DNA from: Caenispirillum bisanense
Lineage (GTDB): Bacteria > Pseudomonadota > Alphaproteobacteria > Rhodospirillales > UBA2165
Direction: 5' to 3'
DNA: 64,000 nucleotides
NCBI GenBank assembly: GCA_945877815.1
Contig: CAMDWJ010000016.1
Location: 7,516 to 71,515, forward strand
The position numbers and the translations under genes are program-made. Positions 37,118 to 46,359 of the stretch are shown in pieces. The notes under the pieces were generated by a model. That model was not told the DNA's origin. It saw only the letters and a list, made by a program, of their open reading frames with translations, and ran no database searches. How positions within the stretch are numbered: position 1 is the first letter of the stretch; the number at the start of each line of letters is the position of its first letter.

Positions 37118-38934
37118 GTGGTTTGAATTCCTGTCTTGCGTACGGCCCACCAATAAAATGCCGTCAGCGGCACCATCAGGCAAATGAGAAGCAACGTAAT
37201 TGCCGAGGCCGCGCCGTAATCGCCGCTCGACCACATACTCCACACCACGACCGGCAGGGTAAGGTTATCCTTGGTGGTCAGGATCACGGCCAACGTGAGT
37301 TCGCGGAAAGTTAGAAGTGCCATCCATATCCATGCGTAGATCATCGTCGGCGCTAGGATAGGGAGCAACACGCGGCGGATGATGGTGCCCGTACCGACGC
37401 CGCTCATCGTCGCTGCCTCTTCTAGTTCCTTATGCACCTGGATCAGCGTGGAATTTGTCATGCGCGTCGCATAACTGATACGGCCGATGACGAACACGAA
37501 CAACAAGATCCACAAGGTCCCATAGAACGGAATCACATTGCGCAGAAGGAACAGGGCGACGAGCAGGATGCCGACGCCGAACACAATATTGGGGATCGCA
37601 TGGGGCAGAAAGGCCACGAAGTCGAAGGCGAGCCGCCCCGGCACCTTGGAGCGCAGCACCACCCAGGAAAAGGCGACGGCGCAGGCAAGCGTGATCGTTG
37701 GCACCAGCACCATGAGGATGGCGGTATTGCGAAGCCCCAGAAGCGTCATGTCCCACGGGATATTCTCGAAATTCGACCAGGACATGCTCTTGAAGGCGTT
37801 CTCCGACGGGAGCTGGAAGTAAGGCAATGCCGAGGCCCAGACCACGATCAACAGAGGCAGGAACTTGCTGAGCAGGAAATAGACGCCGAGGAATAACCAG
37901 GCGAGCCAGACATAGCGGCCGAGCCCCAAGATGCGGGGCCGGTAACCTTTGCCGGTAACGACCTGGTAGCGATACGCCTGAGATTGCAGCCGCCCGTACC
38001 ACAACGCCAGCAATCCGGAAGCCGCCATGACGACGGTCGAGAGAGCCGCGGCCTTGCCGTAATGCGGCAGGTCGTCGTGCGGCGCGAGCTGGGTCAGCAG
38101 GTAGGTGCTGAAGGTGAAGATGCGGTTGGACATGCCGATGATGCCGGGTACGTCGAAGGCGGCGAAGCCGATGGTAAGGATATATATACCGGCGGCCAGG
38201 ATGCCGGGCCAGGCGAGCCGGAGCGTTACTTTGCGTATGATGTTGAAGAAATTGGCACCCGACATCTGCGCCGATTCCTCAAGCGCGGGATCAATCGCGC
38301 GTAAGACCGCAGCGGTCATGATGAAGGCGATGGGCGCGAGGCTCAGCCCTTGCACCCATCCCATGCCGACGATCGTCGCAATATTGAACGGCGCTTCGGC
38401 GAATCCGACGACGCGCATGAAGAATACGTTCACGAGGCCGATGCGCGGATGCAGCATGAATAACCACCCCATGGCGGTGGCAAAACCCGGCAGCAGGATG
38501 CCGAGTGTCATTAAGGTATAGAGCAGAGGCTTGGCCGGAAGATCGGTGCGTTCGACGAGCCACGCCGCCGGCAGACCGAAGACGAAGGCAACGAGTAGCG
38601 TGACGAGCGAGAAGGTGATCGTGTTGATCAGCGCGCGATAGGCGACGGGATCGGTGAAAACGCTCGCGTAATGCATGAAGGAGTAGGCCGATACCGGATC
38701 GATCGGCCGCCCCTCGCGGAACGACAGAATGATGATGATGACGGGAATCGACAAGATGAACAGGCTGAACAAGCCGACCACACAGACCATGACGATGGCC
38801 CAAGGATCCTCCTTGGGCATGATGAAGCGCCATGATATGCGCCCGGGCTTGGCCCAAGCTGTGGGTTGGATCGCTGCGCCGCCGCCTTGCGGGCGGAGAA
38901 CCAATCCGTCGCGGTTCACGGGACCGTCAGTCAT
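37114..38934 (-). CDS. ABC permease, FbpB-type
   Basis: Two EAA loops; paralog of 30541-32292. Confidence 0.9.
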   Translation of the reverse strand: MTDGPVNRDGLVLRPQGGGAAIQPTAWAKPGRISWRFIMPKEDPWAIVMVCVVGLFSLFILSIPVIIIILSFREGRPIDPVSAYSFMHYASVFTDPVAYRALINTITFSLVTLLVAFVFGLPAAWLVERTDLPAKPLLYTLMTLGILLPGFATAMGWLFMLHPRIGLVNVFFMRVVGFAEAPFNIATIVGMGWVQGLSLAPIAFIMTAAVLRAIDPALEESAQMSGANFFNIIRKVTLRLAWPGILAAGIYILTIGFAAFDVPGIIGMSNRIFTFSTYLLTQLAPHDDLPHYGKAAALSTVVMAASGLLALWYGRLQSQAYRYQVVTGKGYRPRILGLGRYVWLAWLFLGVYFLLSKFLPLLIVVWASALPYFQLPSENAFKSMSWSNFENIPWDMTLLGLRNTAILMVLVPTITLACAVAFSWVVLRSKVPGRLAFDFVAFLPHAIPNIVFGVGILLVALFLLRNVIPFYGTLWILLFVFVIGRISYATRMTNSTLIQVHKELEEAATMSGVGTGTIIRRVLLPILAPTMIYAWIWMALLTFRELTLAVILTTKDNLTLPVVVWSMWSSGDYGAASAITLLLICLMVPLTAFYWWAVRKTGIQTT

Positions 38935-38982
38935 CTCAGCTATGACGGTTCCCCGGTCCCGGGTTTCGATACTCGCGCATGA

Positions 38983-40074
38983 CTACTTCTTGCTTCCCGA
39001 GGCGAGAATTTTCGCGACTTCCTGCTGTGCGGCATTGCCGGCATCGTTGGTCTTCTGCCAGGCAATGTCACCGTTTGCGAATTTCTTGCCCGCGATTTTC
39101 TCCGCCGCTGCGAGTTCATTGGCGACGATCGATTCCGGCATCAGATGGAGATCGCCGAACGTTTGGTCGCGGATGATGGCCTGGCCTTCCTTGGTCAGGG
39201 CATGCGCGACGAACAACTTGCCGAGGTTGGATGCCTTCGCATTCTTGGGCACGGCGAAATAAAAGTAACTGACCAGCGGCACGTCGGGTGCAACCACGCG
39301 CGAGAGAGGTGCGCCCTTAGTGCGCGCAAACTCGCGGGCGCTGTCGCCGCTGCAGTCGGTGACGAGGGCGAGGAACTCGCCCGACGACAACCGTCCCATC
39401 TCGTTACAGCGCAGGAAACCGGCTGCTCCGTCCGAAAACTTCTTGGCGAATTCGATGGTTTTTTCCGGCCCCCAGGCCTCCTTAGCGGCGATCTGGTCGA
39501 AGCCGGCGCCGAAGGCGGTCGTTCCGAATTTTCCCTTCCATTCGGGCTTCAGGAAATCCTCGAGTTTCTCGGGCTTCGACGGGGCGAGCGCATGGTTATA
39601 AGTGAAGCCGAGCGTCGCGCTGACGACCTTCACGTAGGTATCGAATTCGACGATCTCGTCAGTCAGACTGTCGGGGAAATAGCTTTTCCATGGCGCGCTA
39701 TGGAAGAGGTTGCGATCGAGCAGGACTGCCATGTTGCGCGAAAAGCCCATATAGACGTCGGTAGGCGAGGGCAGGCCGTTCTGCTGCGTCGTCGCCACCT
39801 GGTTGCCGACGTTCGGCATGGAGTCGCCCGGGGCCCAGCTGACTTTGATGTTGATTCCGAACATTTTGTTGATGCCGGTCTCGAAGGCTTTGGCACCCTT
39901 CTGCCCGCCCATTGTGGAGTTGCTCCACGTGACGGTCATCTCGCCGTCCTTGGCGGCGGCCGCGGCCAGTTCCTTGATGGCCGGGCTGAGCGCGGATGAC
40001 TGCGCGAATGCGGGTGCGGCAGACGCACTAAGCGCGACGGCGGCGAACGCCGCCTTGGAAACAAACCTCAACAT
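38983..40074 (-). CDS. ABC substrate-binding protein
   Basis: Signal peptide AFA-QS; paralog of 32351-33439 (KEAWGPEKT, SSGEFLA.VTDC). Confidence 0.85.
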   Translation of the reverse strand: MLRFVSKAAFAAVALSASAAPAFAQSSALSPAIKELAAAAAKDGEMTVTWSNSTMGGQKGAKAFETGINKMFGINIKVSWAPGDSMPNVGNQVATTQQNGLPSPTDVYMGFSRNMAVLLDRNLFHSAPWKSYFPDSLTDEIVEFDTYVKVVSATLGFTYNHALAPSKPEKLEDFLKPEWKGKFGTTAFGAGFDQIAAKEAWGPEKTIEFAKKFSDGAAGFLRCNEMGRLSSGEFLALVTDCSGDSAREFARTKGAPLSRVVAPDVPLVSYFYFAVPKNAKASNLGKLFVAHALTKEGQAIIRDQTFGDLHLMPESIVANELAAAEKIAGKKFANGDIAWQKTNDAGNAAQQEVAKILASGSKK

Positions 40075-40104
40075 GTAAACCTCCCTGATATGCCGTTTGT
40101 GTTT

Positions 40105-41250
40105 TTATTCGGCGGCGATGGCTCCGGCGAGTTCCAACTCGCGCGATCTTTCGGTGAAAAACGACTCGGTGGGACGGTGCCATTGCTTCGGCGCGCGCCC
40201 TTCGGCGACCGCCTTCAATTCGCGTTCCCACAATTTGCGCAATACGATGAGTGCCTTGTCGGACTGCCCCAGCCAATCCTTGGATCGATCGACGATCCGG
40301 CCCTGGCCGGCCAGCGCCACATTGTCCTGGACGTTGAACAGACCCGGATAATCGGGGTCGAGATCCTGCACGCGCATCCGTCCGGCCAGCACTTCGTCGG
40401 TGATAAAGTTCGGATCTGGTTTGGTTTCGGGACGCGGTATTACGCCTTGGCCGCCACCCTTCTCGGTGGCGACGATAAAGCTCGCCATTTCGAAATCGGT
40501 GACCGGAACGCGCCAGGCAAGATGCAGCATCCATTGCGGGCGAGACGGCCGGCCCGGCGTGAAGGTCATCAGAACGTTCGGCATCATCCAATAGGCCGTG
40601 CGGGTGACGTTGTGGCCCGATTCCTTGCGGATGCCTTTGCGCAACAGACCGTAGTCGGTCTCGGTCACATTGATTTCGGGGAATTCGACAAGGCCGACCT
40701 CGTCGGTGCTCACCTTATGAACGAAATGCAGATGCAGTTCGTCCATATCGTTTTCGATGCGCTGGAAATAGCTGCATGGAACGGGGTGGCGGTTATAGAG
40801 GACGGTATCCTTCTCAGGATCGATCTCGGGGAACAACGGGAAGGGCGGTGCCTCGCCTTCGCCGAGATAGGCAAAGATCAATCCGAGATATTCGCGCGTC
40901 GGATGGCCGACGATCGAAACCTTGTTCTTGAAGGCTTCGTTCTCGGCCGGCTGTTCGATGCATTTGCCCTGCGGATTGAATTTCCAGCCGTGATAGAAAC
41001 AGCGGATGTCGCTCCCTTCGACCCAGCCCAGGAACAGTTGGGTTTGGCGATGCGGGCAAGCATCCTGCACGATGTGGGCGACCCCATCTTCGCCGCGATA
41101 GGCGGTGTAATGCTGATTCAGAACCTGGATGCGTTTCGGCCGTCCTATCACCAACTCATCGCCGACCAGCACGGGCTGCCAAAAGCTGCGCAGGAATTTA
41201 CCCGCGACCGTGCCCGGGCCGACATGCGCGAAATCTTCATAGGCTTCCAT
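40105..41250 (-). CDS. Rieske non-heme iron oxygenase alpha subunit
   Basis: CPHR...CFYHGW; ENDMDELHLHFVH; QDNVALAGQG. Confidence 0.9.
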   Translation of the reverse strand: MEAYEDFAHVGPGTVAGKFLRSFWQPVLVGDELVIGRPKRIQVLNQHYTAYRGEDGVAHIVQDACPHRQTQLFLGWVEGSDIRCFYHGWKFNPQGKCIEQPAENEAFKNKVSIVGHPTREYLGLIFAYLGEGEAPPFPLFPEIDPEKDTVLYNRHPVPCSYFQRIENDMDELHLHFVHKVSTDEVGLVEFPEINVTETDYGLLRKGIRKESGHNVTRTAYWMMPNVLMTFTPGRPSRPQWMLHLAWRVPVTDFEMASFIVATEKGGGQGVIPRPETKPDPNFITDEVLAGRMRVQDLDPDYPGLFNVQDNVALAGQGRIVDRSKDWLGQSDKALIVLRKLWERELKAVAEGRAPKQWHRPTESFFTERSRELELAGAIAAE

Positions 41251-41278
41251 GAGATCGTTCCTTTGATTTTCTAGTTCG

Positions 41279-41686
41279 TTAGATGGCGTCGCCGAAATGC
41301 TCGCGCGCGTTCACCGCTTCCTTGCCGTGGATTTGCACCAGGTCGGTCGGCTGCTTAGCCTGATAGAGCACCAGCTGTTCCTGGGTCTCGTTCTCGAGTT
41401 GGTAATACTCACCCACCGCCATGACGGCGCATTCGCCTTCCTTCATCTTGTGGATGGTGACCGGCTGATCGACGCCGGGCCGCGTGCGTAGGGTCAATTC
41501 GCCCTTGAGGACGAGGAAGGATTGGCTGGTGCCATTGTGATGATGGAATTCGTTCTTATAGCCGGGCTTGTAGTTATTGAGCGCAATCAGCAGGTCGCTT
41601 TCGCGCGCGACAGGCACATAGGCGCCGGATTTGCCAGCCTTTTGATGATTATCGATGGCGTTCCAGACGTTGCTAACCTTAGCCAC
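41279..41686 (-). CDS. cupin-domain protein
   Basis: EFHHHNGTSQSFLVLKGEL...GEYYQLEN; GTG start at 41686 inferred from a GGGAG RBS. Confidence 0.7.
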   Translation of the reverse strand: MAKVSNVWNAIDNHQKAGKSGAYVPVARESDLLIALNNYKPGYKNEFHHHNGTSQSFLVLKGELTLRTRPGVDQPVTIHKMKEGECAVMAVGEYYQLENETQEQLVLYQAKQPTDLVQIHGKEAVNAREHFGDAI

Positions 41687-41772
41687 AGTGCCCGCTCCCA
41701 TTGAATTTATTAATTTGGTCAATGGTATCCGGGCCGGGTGGGCTGGTCTAGAGGCAAACTCGTTGCCTAGCT

Positions 41773-42606
41773 TCAAGATTGGGCGATTTTCCACTCCGCA
41801 AAGCCGCAGCCGACATAGACTTCCGGCACGGGGAAGTAGTCCACCAACGTGAACCCGCTACTTTGGGCAGCGCCGTGGGCAACCAGCCAGTTGCGGACCT
41901 CCTGCGCGCCGTTTCCGGCCTTAGCGAGGTTGCTCTGCAAAAACGAGAGCAAGGGGGCCTCGGTCCCGCGTTCGAAGGCCTTGATGCAGCTCCTGTCGAA
42001 GTCCTCGTCGATGACACCCATTGTCGGCTCGCCGATGGAATGGCTCAACCCGCCGCTGGTGAGAACCGCAACCTGGATATCCTCCGGGTAGGATTCGACG
42101 GCCTTGCGGATCAACTTGCCCCAGGCGAGACAGCGATTGAGGCTCGGCATCGGCTCTTCGAGGCTATTGATCACGATGGGAACGATGCGCGGCAGCTCGG
42201 CCAACTCCATACGCATCAACGGAATGCAAAAACCGTGATCGAGTTTCATATGGTGCGACACCGACGGCTCGAAATCGTTGTTGAGCGCGGTGGTTAGAAT
42301 ATGCATAGCGAGTTCAGGCGCGCCCAGCATCGGATTGTGGGGAAAATCCTTGAGAAACGGCTCGGGCGGGCCGTCATGGGTTTCGCCGACGCCGATGCAG
42401 ACATTCGGCAAATTGTTTATGAAGAAGTTGGACCAATGATCGGGCGCGATCTCGACGATCACGTCGGGTCTGGCGGCGCTCATCAATCGTCCCAGCGCAC
42501 GATAGGCGGCCGTAAGACGGGTTTTGGCCGGCTCCGGCAATATAAGCCAGTCGCGCGCGACGAGCGGGGCGTGGCTCGCGGCATAGGCCGCGACGATCCT
42601 AGCCAT
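41773..42606 (-). CDS. class III extradiol ring-cleavage dioxygenase catalytic subunit (LigB-like)
   Basis: AASHAP, PDHWSNF, LDHG, SGGLSH, EVRNW. Confidence 0.88.
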   Translation of the reverse strand: MARIVAAYAASHAPLVARDWLILPEPAKTRLTAAYRALGRLMSAARPDVIVEIAPDHWSNFFINNLPNVCIGVGETHDGPPEPFLKDFPHNPMLGAPELAMHILTTALNNDFEPSVSHHMKLDHGFCIPLMRMELAELPRIVPIVINSLEEPMPSLNRCLAWGKLIRKAVESYPEDIQVAVLTSGGLSHSIGEPTMGVIDEDFDRSCIKAFERGTEAPLLSFLQSNLAKAGNGAQEVRNWLVAHGAAQSSGFTLVDYFPVPEVYVGCGFAEWKIAQS

Positions 42607-42877
42607 GTTTCTCCGCCTGCGAGGTGTTCGCAATTGCGCGCAATTTCGCGATGAATTCATCGTCCTTCATGCCGACCGCGAAGAAATAAAAACGCAGCAG
42701 GTAGGGATTGGACAGGCGCGAAAGGGCAGCGACATCGTCGGCCATGACGGCGGCGCGTACATCCTGCTTCAACTGATAGCGTTCCAGCACGGCGACGCGA
42801 TCGGCACGGTATTCCGCCTGCGCCGCCGGTTGCTGCAGATCCCAGAACAGCTTGCTCAGCCAATAATCTGTCGTCAT
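42599..42877 (-). CDS. LigA-like small subunit of the extradiol dioxygenase
   Basis: 92 aa from MTTDYWLSKLFWDL, ..EYRADRVAVLERYQL; directly upstream of the LigB-like gene; start overlaps the upstream stop (TAATG). Confidence 0.7.
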   Translation of the reverse strand: MTTDYWLSKLFWDLQQPAAQAEYRADRVAVLERYQLKQDVRAAVMADDVAALSRLSNPYLLRFYFFAVGMKDDEFIAKLRAIANTSQAEKHG

Positions 42878-43992
42878 TAACCCCAGACCTCGCGGGCGAC
42901 ATCGACGACCAGCCGCAGCTTGTCGATTTCGTTCTGCAGCGACAGCGCGTTGCCGCGCTCGCCCGATGCGAAACCGCATTGCGGGCTGATGGCAAGCTGA
43001 TCGAGGGGTACGATCTTGGCAGCCTCGTCGATGCGGCGTTTGAGCGCATCCTTGCTTTCCAACCGGCCCTGCTTGGTCGTCACAAGCCCGAGGATCGCGA
43101 TCTTGCCCTTGGGCAGGAAGCGCAATGGACGGAAGTCCCCAGCGCGATCGGTGTCGTATTCAAGGAAGTAGCCGGTCACGTCGATTGCGTTGAACAGGGT
43201 TTCCGCCACCGGCTCGTAACCGCCTTCGGCGACCCACGCCCCTTCGAAATTGCCCCGGCACAGATGCATCGTTACGACCATGTCCTTCGGCCGCGTCGCG
43301 ATGGCATCGTTGATCAGGCGCGCATAGGTATGCGGCAGCTCATCGGGGTTTTCGCCGATCTTGATTGCCTGAGCACGCATATTGGGATCGCACAAATAGG
43401 CGAAATTGACCTCGTCGATTTGAAGATAGCGGCAGCCGGCGGCGCCCAGGTCGTGCACCTCTTCTTGGTAGATGCGCGCGAGATCGGCATAGAAAGACGG
43501 AATCGTCGGATAGGCAGCTTGGTCGATCGCATCGCGCCCACCCCGGAAGTGCAGGATGCTGGGCGACGGAATAGTGATCTTGGGTGTGACCCTGGTCGTT
43601 TGTTTCAAAAACGCGAAGTGATCGACGAAGATCGGTTTTGGCCGGCCGAGCTTGCCGGTGATTTTGAATGACGACATGTCGCGTTCCATATCGCCGTCAT
43701 GGGTATGAAATTTCACCTTTACGCCGGTGGGCGCCACGACGACGTTCGCAAACGACGTCAGGAAATCGCGATGCCAATAGGTGCGGCGGAATTCACCGTC
43801 GGTCACAACCTGAAATCCGAGATCTTCCTGCATTTTGACGACACTGCGGATCGCTTCATCCTCGATGCGGTGAAGCACGTCGGCCGATATCTTGCCGTCC
43901 TTGCGGGCTTCACGTGCCTCGAACAATTCGGCGGGACGCAGCAAACTGCCGACGTGATCGGCGCGGAAGGGCGGTGTTGTGCGTTCTGCCAC
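42877..43992 (-). CDS. cobalamin-independent methionine synthase II-like (single-barrel MetE/YxjH family) Zn enzyme
   Basis: PFRADHVGSLLRP, TDGEFRR, HLCRGN, LEYD, PQCGF. Confidence 0.88.
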   Translation of the reverse strand: MAERTTPPFRADHVGSLLRPAELFEAREARKDGKISADVLHRIEDEAIRSVVKMQEDLGFQVVTDGEFRRTYWHRDFLTSFANVVVAPTGVKVKFHTHDGDMERDMSSFKITGKLGRPKPIFVDHFAFLKQTTRVTPKITIPSPSILHFRGGRDAIDQAAYPTIPSFYADLARIYQEEVHDLGAAGCRYLQIDEVNFAYLCDPNMRAQAIKIGENPDELPHTYARLINDAIATRPKDMVVTMHLCRGNFEGAWVAEGGYEPVAETLFNAIDVTGYFLEYDTDRAGDFRPLRFLPKGKIAILGLVTTKQGRLESKDALKRRIDEAAKIVPLDQLAISPQCGFASGERGNALSLQNEIDKLRLVVDVAREVWG

Positions 43993-44030
43993 TTTCTGAT
44001 TCTCCGAGAAACGCGGTCGGCGACCTTATA

Positions 44031-45005
44031 TCAGGGCCAATGCCAGCGCGCGATTTCCACAAGCGTGGCCGGAAGAGGGATCAGGTTCAAGACGAAATCG
44101 GTGCTGACCGAGAGGGCCATCGCGCCCAGCAGGGAAATGGCGATGCCGAGAATGACCCAGCCGTCGAAAGCCTCGTGCTCGCGATTGAGGAACCAAGCGA
44201 AAACGGTCCGGAAGACGGCTTGCAGTTGTAGGATGGGTGCGACGACCGTGACGGGTGCGACGGCCAGAGCCATATAACGGAACGCCTGCGACAGGCAAAC
44301 GAAGACGCCCGATATGGCGAACCAGCGCACCGCGACGGGGTCGATCGCCAATACGTGACTTAATTGCTTGCGGCTCAACAAGACGAGGCAAACCGCAAGG
44401 GTCGCCGCGACATAGGAGATCGTGCCGCCGGCGAGACTGGTTCCGAGGCTCTGGTTCTCAAGCGCGGCGCGAACCAAGATCGGGGATGTGCCATAGCCGA
44501 GGGCGGCGAGCATGGAGAAGAAAAAACCTTCCGCATAACGCGGCGTAAAGTTTGCAGTGGCAGCCTTGCGCTCAAATGCTTTTCGTCCCGGTAGCATCGT
44601 GACGGGCCCCAGGAAGATAAGTGCGATACCAAAAATACGCAGCGGTGTCAGCGTTTCGCCGAGCAGGGCGATTGCGAAGCACAATGTAATCAGGATCGAG
44701 GATTGTTGCACCAGTCCGGCAAGATTGCCGCCCCAAGACTGGATGCCGCGGTAATTGCCATAGCGGCCGATCACGAAATGCACAACGCCGGCCGCGGCGA
44801 GAAGAAGCGTCGTTTCGGGTGTGAATCCGAACAAGGCTTCTAGGCCGCCCAACAGCGCGCAGCACAGAAGAAAAATCGGAACCCCGATGGGGACAGTGAT
44901 GGCCAGGCCTTGCAGCACGGAGCCGGTCAGAACGCCGCGCCGCACCGCAGCATTGTTCAAACCGAACGTTGCGGCCGAGAGAAGTGAGAGGATACCGCCG
45001 AGCAT
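44031..45005 (-). CDS. EamA/DMT family transporter
   Basis: About 10 TM in two repeats; LLGETLT...GIALIFLG. Confidence 0.8.
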   Translation of the reverse strand: MLGGILSLLSAATFGLNNAAVRRGVLTGSVLQGLAITVPIGVPIFLLCCALLGGLEALFGFTPETTLLLAAAGVVHFVIGRYGNYRGIQSWGGNLAGLVQQSSILITLCFAIALLGETLTPLRIFGIALIFLGPVTMLPGRKAFERKAATANFTPRYAEGFFFSMLAALGYGTSPILVRAALENQSLGTSLAGGTISYVAATLAVCLVLLSRKQLSHVLAIDPVAVRWFAISGVFVCLSQAFRYMALAVAPVTVVAPILQLQAVFRTVFAWFLNREHEAFDGWVILGIAISLLGAMALSVSTDFVLNLIPLPATLVEIARWHWP

Positions 45006-45023
45006 GAAGAGTTTCGTATGCCT

Positions 45024-46247
45024 CTATTCGGCGGCTTGTGGCGTCGGGTTTCGCAAGCGCGCGATCGGACGTTCGTCGATCGGATAATGCACAAGCGACG
45101 CAGCGAAGCCGACGATGATGGCGGCCCAGAAGACCGGCTCGTAGGTGCCGTAGAGATCGTAGCTAATGCCGCCCATCCAAACGCCGAGGAAGCTGCCGAT
45201 CTGGTGGCTGATGAAGGTCACACCGACGAGCGTCGCCATGTATCGAGTGCCGAAGATCTGCGCCACGATCCCGCTGGTCAGCGGGACGGTGCCGAGCCAC
45301 ATCAAGCCCATTACAGAGGTGAAGATGATCACGCTGGTCGGCGTGATCGGAAACATGATGAAGACCAGCATCGCGCACGATCGTAGCGCATACAGAATGC
45401 AGAGCATGTTTTTCTTGGGATAGATGCCGCCGAGTTTGCCCCAGATGATGCTGCCGACAATGTTGAATGCGCCGATGAGTGTGATGGCAACTGTGGCGAC
45501 CCAGGCAGGATGGCCGAGATCGCTGAGATACGCGGGCATGTGCTGGGTGATGAACATGACCTGCGCGCCGCAGACGAAATAGCCGCACACCAACAACCGG
45601 AAGCTTTTATGCGCGAAGGCCTCGCGCATCGAGTCCTTGAAACCTAGAGTGGAATGGTCGTCCACGGCGCGCGTGTTGCCCCCGGCAAGCGCGGTCGAAA
45701 GCGGGATGGTCAAGCCGACGATAAGCGCCAGATAAATGAAGGCGATGGCCCAGCCGTTCGCTTGAATGAACTGCTGGCCAAGTGGAACGAAAAGCAATTG
45801 TCCCGATGCGCCCCCGGCGCTGGCGATGCCTAGATAGAAGCTTCGCGTTTCGGGCGGAAACTTTCGTCCGATCACCGACAATACGATGGGAAAGCCGGTC
45901 ATCGCGGCGGCGAGGCCGCACATGACGCCGATGCCCAGTATCGCGTCGGCTGGCTGGGCCGCCTGCGACATCACCAAAAGCCCGCCGACGTAAAGAGCGC
46001 CGCCGAAAGCGGCGACCTTGGCGGGGCCGAAGCGGTCCGACAGGAAACCGAAGAACGGAGTTGAAATGCCCCAAACGAGATTTTGCAGCGCCGCTGCGAA
46101 AGACAAGGTTTCGCGGCCCCAGCCGAGATCGGCGCTGACGGGTGCCATAAAGAAGCCGAATGTCGTGCGCACACCGAAGGACAGGAAAACGAGAAGCGTG
46201 CCGCATACGAGTACGACGAAAGCCGCCTGCGCCGTACGTGTCGTCAT
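45024..46247 (-). CDS. MFS transporter
   Basis: GFLSDRFG motif A; about 12 TM. Confidence 0.88.
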   Translation of the reverse strand: MTTRTAQAAFVVLVCGTLLVFLSFGVRTTFGFFMAPVSADLGWGRETLSFAAALQNLVWGISTPFFGFLSDRFGPAKVAAFGGALYVGGLLVMSQAAQPADAILGIGVMCGLAAAMTGFPIVLSVIGRKFPPETRSFYLGIASAGGASGQLLFVPLGQQFIQANGWAIAFIYLALIVGLTIPLSTALAGGNTRAVDDHSTLGFKDSMREAFAHKSFRLLVCGYFVCGAQVMFITQHMPAYLSDLGHPAWVATVAITLIGAFNIVGSIIWGKLGGIYPKKNMLCILYALRSCAMLVFIMFPITPTSVIIFTSVMGLMWLGTVPLTSGIVAQIFGTRYMATLVGVTFISHQIGSFLGVWMGGISYDLYGTYEPVFWAAIIVGFAASLVHYPIDERPIARLRNPTPQAAE

Positions 46248-46359
46248 GGAAGCGCCCCCTTAAATATGGCCGAAACAATGGAAGCGCGTAGGCTGGCGGT
46301 CAAGCATTCTTGGGACTAGGGTCTCGTTACAAAAAAATACGCTACAAAGGGCCGGGAGT

